Shown here in pieces: positions 51,282 to 62,267 of a stretch of 64,000 nt of DNA (the stretch's first letter is position 1; each line of letters opens with the position of its first letter). The notes beneath the pieces were generated by a model. The model had not been told where the DNA came from. It saw only the letters and a program-made list of their open reading frames with translations, and ran no database searches. The translations under genes and the position numbers were made by a program. This stretch comes from Calditrichaceae bacterium (GTDB lineage: Bacteria; Calditrichota; Calditrichia; Calditrichales; JBFXGD01): NCBI GenBank assembly GCA_050173015.1, contig JBFXLE010000004.1:32001-96000 (forward strand). Direction: 5' to 3'.

Positions 51282-51537
51282 ATGAATTTGAAACCGGCCG
51301 CTGAAATAATTGTCGCGTTGGTAACCGCCGCTTGTGTGATTTTCATTGCAATCCTGTTTAAACAAGTCCTTCATATTCAGGCCGATTTTTTAATGTCAAA
51401 CGGCCCATCGTATTTATTTATTATCTATATTCTGACAAGAGAGCAGGCCAGAAAATCTAAATTTGATAAACCAGTATAATTGGAGTTTAGCAATAATAGG
51501 CATTTCTTTTTTAACCATAATAGTACACATTATATGA
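51282..51537 (+). pseudogene. Small three-TM membrane protein with a 1-nt frameshift
   Basis: Removing one A at ~51478 restores ...KPVYWSLAIIGISFLTIIVHII*. Confidence 0.55.
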
Positions 51538-51562
51538 TGATATACTCGCCGGGTGGATAAAA

Positions 51563-52105
51563 ATGAGATATATTTCCCTGCTTCGCGGAATAAATGTAAG
51601 TGGTCAGAAGAAAATCAAAATGGCTGATTTAAAATCTATGTATGAGTCGCTTGGATTTAAAAACGTCATTACGTACATACAGAGCGGAAATGTTATATTT
51701 GATGCCGAATCACTGAACAGGGGCGAATTAAAAATAAAGATTGAAAAAGCGATAGAGCATAAATATACATTTCATGTTTCTGTGGAGATTCGAACGGTCA
51801 GTGAATTTGAGAGTATTATAAAAAACTGTCCCTTCGGCCCTGTTGACCCGGCGGAGGAAGGCGCGAAATTATTAGTGACATTTTTTTCATCACCGCCATC
51901 CGGAATAAGGATTTCCGATATTCAAAACTATGCGGACGCGTCAGAAAAATTAATCGTGAGTAATAAAGAGGCATATCTGTACTGCCCAAACGGCTATGGG
52001 AAAACAAAACTGTCGAATGCCTTTTTAGAAAAAAAGCTTGGTGTCGCGGCAACAACGCGAAACTGGAAATCTGTTCATAAATTGTATGAATTAGCTCAAG
52101 GGTGA
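51563..52105 (+). CDS. DUF1697 family protein
   Basis: LLRGINVSG, TYIQSGNV, TTRNW. Confidence 0.92.
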   Translation: MRYISLLRGINVSGQKKIKMADLKSMYESLGFKNVITYIQSGNVIFDAESLNRGELKIKIEKAIEHKYTFHVSVEIRTVSEFESIIKNCPFGPVDPAEEGAKLLVTFFSSPPSGIRISDIQNYADASEKLIVSNKEAYLYCPNGYGKTKLSNAFLEKKLGVAATTRNWKSVHKLYELAQG

Positions 52106-52243
52106 AATAATAATGAACAAAGGATAGTTTGGACAATAATTAAAAAGGAAGCATCCCCGGTGATTTACACCGCCGCGGCGGGTTGATGATCAATAAAACC
52201 GGTTTAGATTAATGACAGGAGCGCAACACTGGATTCAAACTAT

Positions 52244-52729
52244 TTGACAGTATATAAATATAATGGCGCGCGTTCTATGGTTTTGCTGCATGAGCATTAT
52301 TTAAAATCACTCCTTCGGACCTGGCGGGAAGCCAAACGCGTCAATTTAGCTCTTCCGGAAACAGAAGATTCAGATTATCAATCATTGGATACGCTTCTTA
52401 AACATATTTTTAGATCGGCAAGGGGTTATATGATTTGGATGTGCGATAAATTAAATCTTCCGGATCCCGACATCAAAGCTGTACCTGAAACGGATATCAT
52501 TGAAAACGCGGCAAATGAGTATCTTGATCACCTTTTAGAAAAATGGCGTATGCCTCTGTCCGAAATAGAAGAGGATAAATTTCATTCACCGACTTTTACA
52601 TCCCGTTGGGGAGTTGAATATTGTATTGATGCCATGCTAGAGCACGCGGTGATGCATCCGATACGCCATGAATTTCAGCTAAAAACTTTGATGACTATTA
52701 ACCAAAACAAGTCAGAAAGTATTAAATAG
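52244..52729 (+). CDS. DinB-like four-helix protein
   Basis: LLKH...MLEHAVMHPIRHEFQL. Confidence 0.7.
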   Translation: MTVYKYNGARSMVLLHEHYLKSLLRTWREAKRVNLALPETEDSDYQSLDTLLKHIFRSARGYMIWMCDKLNLPDPDIKAVPETDIIENAANEYLDHLLEKWRMPLSEIEEDKFHSPTFTSRWGVEYCIDAMLEHAVMHPIRHEFQLKTLMTINQNKSESIK

Positions 52730-52780
52730 GAAAACATAAAAAACAATGGGCATTACACATCAAATGATAAGGAGTAAGAA

Positions 52781-53206
52781 ATGAAACGTAAAGCATCAGC
52801 GGTTTGGAAGGGTGGTTTAAGAGGCGGACAGGGAGCTCTGTCCACAGACAGCGGTGTACTTGCCGGGACGCAATATTCATTTAGTACACGATTTGAGAAT
52901 GGAATCGGTACAAATCCGGAAGAATTAATCGGGGCAGCCCATGCAGGTTGTTTTTCGATGGCTTTGTCTGGTCAGTTGGAAAATATGGGTTTTGCGCCGG
53001 AAAGCATCAACACACAAGCGGCCGTAAAACTCGAAAAAACGGATGCCGGTTTTACCATTACACAAATACATCTGGAAGTTAAAGCGAAAGTTCCGGGAGC
53101 AGACCAGGAAAAATTTGAAACGGCGGCAAAAAACGCTAAATCCGGATGCCCTGTATCACGGGTATTGAATGCTGAAATCACAATGACTACTATTCTCGAA
53201 TCATAA
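52781..53206 (+). CDS. osmC: OsmC peroxiredoxin
   Basis: TNPEELIGAAHAGCFSMA, CPVSR. Confidence 0.93.
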   Translation: MKRKASAVWKGGLRGGQGALSTDSGVLAGTQYSFSTRFENGIGTNPEELIGAAHAGCFSMALSGQLENMGFAPESINTQAAVKLEKTDAGFTITQIHLEVKAKVPGADQEKFETAAKNAKSGCPVSRVLNAEITMTTILES

Positions 53207-53258
53207 AAAGAATAAATTAATACATACAGGACGAACCATTCAGACCTTGATTCGACAG

Positions 53259-53300
53259 AAAGCTTATCCCGACCCGATTTTGATGGTCGGGTATGCTTTT
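53259..53300 (+). terminator. Probable intrinsic terminator
   Basis: AAAGC..CCCGACC / GGTCGGG..GCTTTT. Confidence 0.55.
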
Positions 53301-53370
53301 GTCTGAAAGAAGTTTATAGCAATCCGTCAAATTTCATCCGGTTCGGATCCGGGTTAAAGGAGTCTTTCGC

Positions 53371-53838
53371 TTGTTGCACATTTTTGTAGATGCGGACGCG
53401 TGTCCGGTTAAACAGGAAATCTATCGCGTCGCCAAACGATATGACCTTAATGTCACATTAGTAACAAACACATGGATGCGTGTACCGAATGAGCCATGGC
53501 TGGCGCTGGAAATTGTCGGTGACGGCCTGGACGCGGCCGATGATTGGATCGCCGAAAATGTGAAGTCAGACGATATCGTAGTCACAGCCGACATACCACT
53601 TGCCAGCCGCTGTCTGAAACAGGGAGCGCGTGTTATTGGTTCAACCGGAAAACCGTTTACCGATAGTAATATCGGTGAAGCTGTGGCGACCCGTAACCTT
53701 TTGTCCGAGCTGCGCGGCGCGGGAGAGATAACAGGCGGTCCGCCACCGCTGCAGAAGCGCGACCGGTCACGATTTCTTCAGCAGCTTGATGATGTGATTC
53801 AATCAATCCGCCGAAAGCAACGGCTCAAATCCGACTGA
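53371..53838 (+). CDS. YaiI/YqxD (UPF0178) family protein
   Basis: IFVDADACPVK, DAADDWI, TADIPLA. Confidence 0.93.
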   Translation: MLHIFVDADACPVKQEIYRVAKRYDLNVTLVTNTWMRVPNEPWLALEIVGDGLDAADDWIAENVKSDDIVVTADIPLASRCLKQGARVIGSTGKPFTDSNIGEAVATRNLLSELRGAGEITGGPPPLQKRDRSRFLQQLDDVIQSIRRKQRLKSD

Positions 53839-54198
53839 TCACCGGATCCTCCAGGACGTTTGTCCGAAAACAGATAGCTGCCGTAAAAATCTGTTCACTA
53901 ATGTTTCTGCTGTTTTGCTGACCTTTTTATCACTAATTCTATTACGACGGAATTCCCCTTTTTTACTTTTTTATCAATATAAATAATAACATTTCCATAA
54001 CTTTCCGTATTGTCTTTAATGATAAAATATATGTGGCACCGATGGCTGCAGATAGATGGTCTGTTGAGCCCGGTAATAGACTTGTTGGCTCGTCTGTGAC
54101 ATGAAAGCAGGTAACTGGAAAATTATTTTCCACTCTCCTAATCCCGAGAAATATTATGCCGATTATCCATGATGAAATAATCATTAGGGAGGTAATTC

Positions 54199-54870
54199 AT
54201 GCGTTATGGTGTTCTTTTAATTCTTGGATTATTTGTTTTTCTGAGTTCCTGTGCAACGGTACCCCCGCCTTCGGAAATTGACGATGAAACGGATCTTGTC
54301 CTGGATCTGCCGCCGTATTCCGGTGAGAAACTTACCATCGCGGTCCTCGATTTGCAAAACCAAACCGAATTTGACGACCCGAGAATCGGCCGGGGAGTCG
54401 CCAACATGTTAGTAACCGCGCTGGTAAATTCCGATCGTTTTACCGTAGTGGAGCGAAATTCTGAAGCGATTCAAAAACTGCTGGAAGAACAGGCGCTCGG
54501 GTTAAGCGGAGTGGTGGACGCGGCTACAGCAGCCAAAGTGGGTAAAATGTTAGGAGCGAAAGGTGTAGTCATCGGGGAAGTCAGCGAATTCGGTATTCGA
54601 AAAACCGGAGCTTTCGTGGGAGTCGGGGGGCAAAAAACCATTACAACCAGGGTTGTCATTGACGCGCGCATGGTGGATGTGGAAACAGGAAGAATTATGA
54701 TGGCTTCCCCGGGTATTGGTAAAAGCAGAACAAGCACTTCGGGAATCGCTCTGACATTCGAATTCGGAACAACCGGATTTGACGAAACGACTATCGGTAT
54801 GGCCACCAGGAAAGCGGTAAACCAGATTGTCAAAAAATTTGCCATGACATTCAACCCGACTAATATTTAA
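54199..54870 (+). CDS. CsgG/HfaB family lipoprotein
   Basis: Lipobox LSSC; FTVVER, EEQAL, GKMLGA, DARMVDVETG. Confidence 0.85.
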   Translation: MRYGVLLILGLFVFLSSCATVPPPSEIDDETDLVLDLPPYSGEKLTIAVLDLQNQTEFDDPRIGRGVANMLVTALVNSDRFTVVERNSEAIQKLLEEQALGLSGVVDAATAAKVGKMLGAKGVVIGEVSEFGIRKTGAFVGVGGQKTITTRVVIDARMVDVETGRIMMASPGIGKSRTSTSGIALTFEFGTTGFDETTIGMATRKAVNQIVKKFAMTFNPTNI

Positions 54871-54919
54871 TGTTAGTGTCTCAATAAAGACACTATTGAT
54901 TTAATTTCATGGAGGATGT

Positions 54920-55825
54920 ATGAAAAGGACTATTTTGTATTTTCTTCTGTTTTTAACGATTGGTTTTATGACTGTTCACGCGGATGACAACACTACGGAT
55001 TTTAAGATTACCCCGCCGCCGGTATCATGTATCAAGTTTTTTCCAGGAGTAAAACAGTTCTCAGTCACGGGTATTTATTATAAAATGGGAGAACTTGAGG
55101 GTCAGACGGGATCCAGTGACAGTCCCGTCGCGTACGGGTTTAACGCGAATTACGCGTTTTCCTCTCCTAGTACCTTATTTGGAGCTCAAAACGGTGGAAT
55201 CATTACTTTCTCTTATATGAGAATCACCATGCCGGCGGGTGCTTCCGAAATTTATGATGAGGATATAAATACCAATTCTTTTAATTTGGGTTATACCGCG
55301 GTGTTGGATCTGATTAACGGGGAGAAAAGAGATATTGCCGGAGAAATAATCGCGCTCAAACCCACATGGGCGGTGTTTTTTGGCAGCTCTATCAATTACT
55401 TCAGTCTGAACATGGGGCCTTTGTATCAGGCATTCGGGCATTCACAGGATATCAAAGCCATAAACCTTATAACGAGTCTTTCTTTGGGCTCGGCTGCTGA
55501 TTTTCCTATCGGATCCCATATTGCCCTGGTCCCATTTATCCGTTATACAATGAATATAGCGCAAACCATTATGGATGTGCCTGAACCATTTAATCCTGAT
55601 AAGCTATACTCGGAAACTTATACATCAGACTACAGTTATCTGGATTATGGTATGGATATCGATGTCAGGCCTTTCAGCAATTCACCGGACTGGATCATCA
55701 GTCTGGGAACTGCAATGGCCCAGGTGGAAGGAATGAAAAACGGTAATCTTCTCATCACTTTGGGCATCAAACATGAAATTGGCAAGTACTACAGCAGCAC
55801 AACGGTAGGACCCGCGCTTCATTAA
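54920..55825 (+). CDS. Hypothetical secreted/outer-membrane beta protein
   Basis: Signal peptide (VHA), amphipathic strands, RBS GGAGG. Confidence 0.6.
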   Translation: MKRTILYFLLFLTIGFMTVHADDNTTDFKITPPPVSCIKFFPGVKQFSVTGIYYKMGELEGQTGSSDSPVAYGFNANYAFSSPSTLFGAQNGGIITFSYMRITMPAGASEIYDEDINTNSFNLGYTAVLDLINGEKRDIAGEIIALKPTWAVFFGSSINYFSLNMGPLYQAFGHSQDIKAINLITSLSLGSAADFPIGSHIALVPFIRYTMNIAQTIMDVPEPFNPDKLYSETYTSDYSYLDYGMDIDVRPFSNSPDWIISLGTAMAQVEGMKNGNLLITLGIKHEIGKYYSSTTVGPALH

Positions 55826-55843
55826 TTCCATGATCCCATTCAA

Positions 55844-55885
55844 AAATCATACCCTCCAGCCATCTTGGTCGGAGGGGTATGATTT
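55844..55885 (+). terminator. Intrinsic terminator
   Basis: AAATCATACCCTCC / GGAGGGGTATGATTT. Confidence 0.7.
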
Positions 55886-56127
55886 ATTCAATTCATTTAA
55901 GTGATTTCGAAAAATTATTTGATTTCCATTTTTTAAGTTAACCGGATTTACATCTACCAATTATTTGATCATTTGCTAAATGAAACCGGAATTATTCCCT
56001 AAGATTTAATAGTTAAACAGACAAAAGCCTGTGTCCGGATTCTTGTGATGTTTTGTAAAAATCAAAGTTGGAATCAGGTCTTAGCGCGGCGAAGAATGGT
56101 TAAATTATTTTTATCAGGGGATAAATT

Positions 56128-57213
56128 ATGTCTGAGAAAATCCGTTTTACAGAACAGACAGGTTTCTATCAGGAACTGAGGTCACGGGTCAATGAGTATT
56201 TCACACAGAACAAACTGACACAAACCGGAGGATGGCGCATCTTTTTAAAAGGCTCCATCATCTTTTCACTCTTTATTACATCTTATGTTTTACTTGTGTT
56301 TTTTACGACCTCATGGATAATGGCGATTATTTCAGCTTTTGTTCTTGCCCAGGGATTCGCCCTGATAGGCTTTAATATTATGCATGACAGTGTGCACGGC
56401 AGTTTTTCAAAAAACAAAAAACTAAATAAAACGCTTGGTTATACCCTGGATTTGATCGGCGGAAGCAAAAGGTTGTGGTATCATAAACACAATATTTTAC
56501 ACCATACTTATACAAATATTGCCGGGGTGGACATGGATTTGGATTCAAACGGTCTGCTGAGATTAAGCCCAAACCAAAAATGGCGCCCCTGGCACCGGTT
56601 ACAGTTTTTATATGCTTTTCCCATGTACAGCTTATTAACACTTTCGATGATTACTTTTACCGATTTTCATAAATTCTTTAACGGCCGCATAGGAAATTAT
56701 AAACTGCCAAAGCCATCCGCCGGTGAAACAACACTCTTTTTATTAGCTAAGATTTTCTATTTTGTATATACTTTGATAATCCCACTGTTTTTTAACCCGT
56801 TTCTGTATGTAATCGGTGTTTTTTTACTGGTTCATCTCATTCTTGGATTCACATTTTCTATCGTTTTTCAGCTTGCCCACACGGTTGATGAGAATGAATT
56901 TCCGGTTGTTGATAATGAAAGCGGAATAATAGAAAATGAGTGGGCTATTCACCAGGCTCAGACAACGGCAAATTTTTCACCTAAAAGCCGACTGGCGAAT
57001 TGGTATCTCGGAGGATTAAATTTTCAGATTGAACATCATTTATTTGCTAGAATTAGTCATGTGCATTACCGGAAGATCAGCAGGATTGTCCAAAATGTCT
57101 GCACTGATTTCGGTATAAAATATACATCCTATTCCAATATTTTCAAGGCGATAATGGTTCACTGGAAATGGCTTTATATGATGGGCAAAAAACCGGCTCT
57201 TATCGTCGAATAG
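56128..57213 (+). CDS. Membrane fatty acid (acyl-CoA) desaturase
   Basis: His boxes HDSVH, HNILHH, QIEHHLF. Confidence 0.92.
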   Translation: MSEKIRFTEQTGFYQELRSRVNEYFTQNKLTQTGGWRIFLKGSIIFSLFITSYVLLVFFTTSWIMAIISAFVLAQGFALIGFNIMHDSVHGSFSKNKKLNKTLGYTLDLIGGSKRLWYHKHNILHHTYTNIAGVDMDLDSNGLLRLSPNQKWRPWHRLQFLYAFPMYSLLTLSMITFTDFHKFFNGRIGNYKLPKPSAGETTLFLLAKIFYFVYTLIIPLFFNPFLYVIGVFLLVHLILGFTFSIVFQLAHTVDENEFPVVDNESGIIENEWAIHQAQTTANFSPKSRLANWYLGGLNFQIEHHLFARISHVHYRKISRIVQNVCTDFGIKYTSYSNIFKAIMVHWKWLYMMGKKPALIVE

Positions 57214-57733
57214 TTAATAAAGAAGGGGTGTTCATTTTGGAATATCCCTTCATCTTTTCCTAATGCGCGGGTATATTAATCGATGTTGATAAGCCGAACT
57301 TCTGCGGTGAATTTAAACCGGATTGCGGTATTATTTCCATTCCTCAGCCAATTTGTTCCGGCATTAACGCGTGATGGTAGTTTATAAAGGCCTGCTGTCA
57401 CTTTCTTGTAAAAAGCATACCCATTTATCTAATTTAGATTTGAGCTCCTAATTTCTTAAGATGATTATCAGATAGCTCATTCTGCTCAGTTAACCGCACA
57501 GTTTGTAAATCGTAAGCAATCTTTTATTTTTAATATTTAGATGTTTAGAAATGAAATTATGTATATTATATCCGCAAATTAGAGTGTGATGATGTGAATA
57601 AGATCTGCGCGCCCGTGGTATGTGGATGGTGATGCGTTTTGGTTCGCTTTCTTTTTAAATAGAGATTATTTTCAGATATGAACATGGATGGCCGTTCTAA
57701 TCATGTTTCATTTTACAGAAAAGACATCCTGCT

Positions 57734-59911
57734 ATGATAAAGAAAACGTTTGGAACATTTGCCGGGGTATTTACACCTACAACATTAACGATTTTAGGTG
57801 TAATAATGTACATCAGACAACCCTGGGTTGTTGGAAATGCCGGCATTGTTGGGGCTTTGATGATCGTATTACTGTCTGTGGCAATCACCTTTACTACGGC
57901 CCTGAGCTTGTCTTCCATCACTACCAATGTCAGAATTGGCGCGGGCGGCGCTTTCAGTTTAATATCGCAATCGCTTGGTCTCGAAATTGGCGGGGCGATC
58001 GGCATTCCATTTTACTTCGCCCAGGCCATTGCCGTGGCCATGTATATTTTTGGATTCAGGGAAGGTCTTCAAACGCTTACTCCTGATGCCAGTCCTTTGC
58101 TTCTCGATATGGCTGTTTTTGTTTTGGTGATGATCATTGCTTTCATAAGTACAAGCTTTGCGTTTAAAATTCAATATGTCATTTTAGGTGTTATCGCTCT
58201 GTCATTAGTCTCAATATACGGCGCCTTATTTGTGAATGAGCTGAATTATAATGTCGAGTGGTTTGGTAAATATCCCGGGTCTGTTGAAAATAATTTTAGC
58301 GGTTCATCATTTTGGGGCGTGTTTGCCGTATTCTTTCCGGCAGTGACAGGCGTTATGGCCGGTTCCAATATGTCCGGTGATCTGACCAATCCAAGGAAAA
58401 GTATTCCGTATGGTACCATCTCTTCAGTCATTATTACCACGATTATTTACATCAGTTTAATTTTTGTCGCGGCCGTACTGGCAACGCCTGATGAATTATC
58501 ACAAAACTACAATCTGTTTATTGATAAAGCCCTATTCAGTCCAATTGTGTTGGCGGGTCTATTAGGCGCGACACTTTCATCAGCGCTTGGCTCTTTCGTC
58601 GGTGCGCCGAGAATCTTGCTGGCATTGGGAGAAAAAAATATTCTTCCTGAAAGCCATAAACTAGCCAAAACTTCAAAAAGAGGTGAACCGGTCAATGCGA
58701 TGCTGGTAACAGCAGTCATTGTTTTAGTCGGAATTTCGCTCAGAGACTTAAATACGATAGCACCTCTGTTAACCATGTTTTTTATGATCACCTACGCGAT
58801 GGTGAATGTTGTTGTGCTGGTGGAACAAACACTGGCATTGCCCAGCTACCGGCCAACATTAAAAGTCCCAATCGTGATACCGACGATTGGCGCTTTCGGT
58901 TCGATTGCGATAATGTTTGTTATGAATGTGATCGTGGCGTTGTTTTCGTTAATATTTATTGTGTTTTTTTATTTTTATCTGGTGAAAAAAAATATCAAAT
59001 CAGCAGCGGGCGACTCGCGTAGCGGGTTATTTACCGCCCTGGCGGAATGGGCCACTAAAAAGACGAATAACCTGCGTCCGCAAAGAGAAGTGAGATCATG
59101 GCGTCCCGATTTACTCATACCTATGACTATGCCAAAAGATATAAGAAGTTCTTTTAAACTTATTCAGTCAATTGTCTCCCCGAAAGGTTCCATTAAAATT
59201 TTAGTTCTCAGAAATGAAAATGAATCTGAACAAAGAAATATGGAAAGTTTCCTTAAAAATGCAATTCAAAAATTTAAAGAAAGTGAATTGCCTGTGTCTT
59301 TTACGGTAATTGATAATACTGATTTTAATAATACCATAAATATCAGCATGCAGTCCTTAAACGCCGCGTTTTTTAAGCCAAACGTTCTTTTTATCACTGT
59401 TGACGCAGCAAATTCTAATAAGGACTATTATGACAGACTTTTGATAGACGCCAAAAAAAATAACTTTGGCGTGATTATATACGTGCCATTTTCAACCGCC
59501 GGTTTAGCTATCGAAAAAAATATTAATTTATGGATGACCAACATACCGGCCGATTGGAAGGAGACCTTTAGCGTTAAAAATAATGATTTATCGACGCTGG
59601 TCTCCATACTGATTTGCCGGAATTGGAAGGGATCTATTGATGTACACCTTTTAAATAATGATCCTCTGCTGGCAATTACAGATGAAGATATTGAAGACTT
59701 TCGGGTGATGGTTAGGTTTCCAAGTAAGACGACAATTGACGTTAAAACCGGCAATTTGATTGAAAATGTTAAAAAAGAACGAAATACCGATATAAATATT
59801 ATTAACATTGATCAGGGTATGACTATTGATGATATGGTTAAGATTGTGATTGAATCCCGGATCTCTGCCATATTTTGCGCTGATTCAGAATACGAAAACG
59901 TTCTGGTATAA
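57734..59911 (+). CDS. Cation-chloride cotransporter (SLC12-like) / amino-acid permease
   Basis: FGTFAGVFTP, GGAFSLISQSLG.EIGGAIG, FFPAVTGVMAG.NMSGDL, SWRP and a cytoplasmic C-terminal domain. Confidence 0.88.
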   Translation: MIKKTFGTFAGVFTPTTLTILGVIMYIRQPWVVGNAGIVGALMIVLLSVAITFTTALSLSSITTNVRIGAGGAFSLISQSLGLEIGGAIGIPFYFAQAIAVAMYIFGFREGLQTLTPDASPLLLDMAVFVLVMIIAFISTSFAFKIQYVILGVIALSLVSIYGALFVNELNYNVEWFGKYPGSVENNFSGSSFWGVFAVFFPAVTGVMAGSNMSGDLTNPRKSIPYGTISSVIITTIIYISLIFVAAVLATPDELSQNYNLFIDKALFSPIVLAGLLGATLSSALGSFVGAPRILLALGEKNILPESHKLAKTSKRGEPVNAMLVTAVIVLVGISLRDLNTIAPLLTMFFMITYAMVNVVVLVEQTLALPSYRPTLKVPIVIPTIGAFGSIAIMFVMNVIVALFSLIFIVFFYFYLVKKNIKSAAGDSRSGLFTALAEWATKKTNNLRPQREVRSWRPDLLIPMTMPKDIRSSFKLIQSIVSPKGSIKILVLRNENESEQRNMESFLKNAIQKFKESELPVSFTVIDNTDFNNTINISMQSLNAAFFKPNVLFITVDAANSNKDYYDRLLIDAKKNNFGVIIYVPFSTAGLAIEKNINLWMTNIPADWKETFSVKNNDLSTLVSILICRNWKGSIDVHLLNNDPLLAITDEDIEDFRVMVRFPSKTTIDVKTGNLIENVKKERNTDINIINIDQGMTIDDMVKIVIESRISAIFCADSEYENVLV

Positions 59912-59961
59912 CACATAATCCGTTGCGGTAAGCTCAATATTCAGTTTAATGCGGAGTAAAC

Positions 59962-60864
59962 ATGACCTTTCAGGATCTGTACAGTCAATTAAAAGCCGCT
60001 TACAACGAATCAAACTTAAATTATATTACTACACGAATTATTGAACTGTATCGCCATAATAATGATGCGGCAATATTAAAACTTGGCAGAAAGATAAAAG
60101 AATTCGCCGAGCTCGATAGCTCAAAGGCAAATCGGCTGTTTAGCCAATTAATCTTGCTTTACCATCCCGACAAATTAAACTATTACCGGAATATGCTTGA
60201 AAAGTATCATTTGCAAAAGGATCATGAGAAATTAAGTCAGTTCACGCATATATTTATAATTCAGGAAGCCCTGAACACCTCAATTGTTCATAATAATTTT
60301 GATTATGAAAACCTTTATTATTCTCAGGTGCAATATGGGCTGGATGAAGATGATCTGAGTTCAATGGGTCAAACAGACTCATTGGAAAATGGATGGGATA
60401 ATGAGGTTGCCGCGGTGCCCGATGATCGTTTTATTGATTTTCTCAGGGCTTTTCAGAATCAAGAAAACATAGATTTTAATATTAACTCTCCTGATTTTAT
60501 CCTGGAACAGCTGGTGGGGGAACTTGATTTGTCTGATTCAAATATTGGTGATCTAAAAGGCGTGGAATACTGTAAAAATATTACATCCATAGATCTTTCC
60601 CGCAATCAAATAATTGATATTTCAGAACTAAGTGAGCTGGTGAACCTGGAGTCTGTTTATCTTTCAAATAACTATATTTCCGATATTTTCATTTTATCAA
60701 ACCTGATAAATTTAAAATATATCGATCTGTCTTTTAATGACATGTCTGATATAGAGCCGTTAATGGATCTGGATAAGCTTGAATATTTAAATGTCATCGG
60801 CAATGTGGTCCCGGTTGAACAAATCAATAGAATGCGAAAGAGAGGCGTAGTCGTTATTGACTAA
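59962..60864 (+). CDS. Leucine-rich repeat protein with N-terminal HPD-motif helical domain
   Basis: LILLYHPDKL; ~5 LRRs (LDLSxNxIxDI). Confidence 0.8.
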   Translation: MTFQDLYSQLKAAYNESNLNYITTRIIELYRHNNDAAILKLGRKIKEFAELDSSKANRLFSQLILLYHPDKLNYYRNMLEKYHLQKDHEKLSQFTHIFIIQEALNTSIVHNNFDYENLYYSQVQYGLDEDDLSSMGQTDSLENGWDNEVAAVPDDRFIDFLRAFQNQENIDFNINSPDFILEQLVGELDLSDSNIGDLKGVEYCKNITSIDLSRNQIIDISELSELVNLESVYLSNNYISDIFILSNLINLKYIDLSFNDMSDIEPLMDLDKLEYLNVIGNVVPVEQINRMRKRGVVVID

Positions 60865-60956
60865 ACCAATCTATTGATCTTTCTTCAACAATGTCTGAAA
60901 AAGGCAGTAAATTTTATTGGCTGCTGTAAATTTCCAATACAATTTCGATTTGTTTC

Positions 60957-61607
60957 ATGAATATTGAGGGAATAATGATTTTATCCGCCATCTCTGTTCT
61001 GGTTATAATCACGGCTATCTTACATATCATTGCCGATTATAAAAAACAACGATATCAAACTTATATATTTAAACCGCTGACCATTGGTTTGATTATTTTG
61101 ATCGCGTTTATTCAACCGGCCGAGGTTTCTCCGGCTTACCGATATCTGATTATTGCCGGTTTATTCTTTGCTTTTATCGGTGATATTTTTTTGATGCTGC
61201 CTTCGGATCGATTTCTATTTGGGCTGTCCAGTTTTTTTGTTACTCATGTTTTTTACATCGTTGCTTTTTTAAGTGATTCAAGTTTCCCGGTAAGTTATAT
61301 ATACCTCATACCGGGTTTAATTTTGAGCGTCGTCTTTTTAAAAATATTACTTCCTCATGCGCGTCTGAAAACAGTCCCGGTTATAATATATTCCATGATC
61401 CTGGTGTTTTTGCTCTGGCAGGCGACCGGCCGGATGGAAGAGATGTTTACACATAGTTCAATCATCGCGTTGATCGGAACACTCTTATTTGTTTTTTCTG
61501 ATGTCGTTTTGGCATATAACCGGTTTGTGAGAAAATTCAGGAGCGCGCAATTAATCATTTTGAGCACATACTATACAGCCCAATTATTGATCGCTTATTC
61601 TGTATAG
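60957..61607 (+). CDS. YhhN/TMEM86 lysoplasmalogenase family
   Basis: FKP, GDIFLM, FF..H..Y, SD..LA..RF, TYYTAQ. Confidence 0.9.
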   Translation: MNIEGIMILSAISVLVIITAILHIIADYKKQRYQTYIFKPLTIGLIILIAFIQPAEVSPAYRYLIIAGLFFAFIGDIFLMLPSDRFLFGLSSFFVTHVFYIVAFLSDSSFPVSYIYLIPGLILSVVFLKILLPHARLKTVPVIIYSMILVFLLWQATGRMEEMFTHSSIIALIGTLLFVFSDVVLAYNRFVRKFRSAQLIILSTYYTAQLLIAYSV

Positions 61608-61831
61608 TATTTTTCTTTACTTAAAGATAAAGAATATGACCAATGAAAGGATTTCAGATGATTAAATATGGAAATGGTATCTGTTTTTTAGATTGTTTTC
61701 GACGAGATGGCGGTGTTCAATGCCTGTAAAACAGTGTCATCCGGTCTGTTTGCAATAGACAATTAAATTCCAGACAACGATCACCCTAATTTTTTATTTT
61801 TTTCTTGACTTCATAATTTTTTTTAATATCT

Positions 61832-61851
61832 TCTACTATAAAAATAGTAGA
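61832..61851. promoter_or_regulatory. Probable BlaI-family operator
   Basis: Palindrome TCTACTAT-AAAA-ATAGTAGA downstream of TTGACT(-35)/TATCTT(-10), just before the BlaI-family gene. Confidence 0.65.
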
Positions 61852-61868
61852 TAAACTATGGCAATAGG

Positions 61869-62267
61869 ATGATTGTTATGAAAGAAGTGAATCAAAATCT
61901 TACACCCCTCGAATGGGAGATTATGGATATCATCTGGGAACTTAAAAAAAGCCTGTCCGTACGTGAAGTTTTGGAAACAGCCTATCCTGACGGTAATAAG
62001 GCTTATACCACTGTTCAAACTGTGATGAACAATCTTGAAGCAAAGGGCTTCCTCAAAAAAGAAAAAATTGGACTTGTAAATTTTTATAAACCGCTCATCT
62101 TTCATAAAGATATGCTCAGAAAAGAAACATCTCAGTTTGTGAAACGGGTGTTCGGCGGTTCATTTCCGGGGCTTGTTAATTATCTGATTGACTCCAAGGC
62201 GCTAACAGAAGAGGAAATCAACGACCTGAAAAAACTCATCGCCGAAAAGGGAGAGGGAGAATCGTGA
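61869..62267 (+). CDS. BlaI/MecI/CopY family repressor
   Basis: LTPLEWEIMDIIW, AYTTVQTVMNNLEAKG, FGGS. Confidence 0.92.
   Translation: MIVMKEVNQNLTPLEWEIMDIIWELKKSLSVREVLETAYPDGNKAYTTVQTVMNNLEAKGFLKKEKIGLVNFYKPLIFHKDMLRKETSQFVKRVFGGSFPGLVNYLIDSKALTEEEINDLKKLIAEKGEGES

Noticed and set aside
57214-57733. Riboswitch upstream of the cation-chloride cotransporter
   Set aside because: No recognisable aptamer consensus by eye; an Rfam scan would be needed
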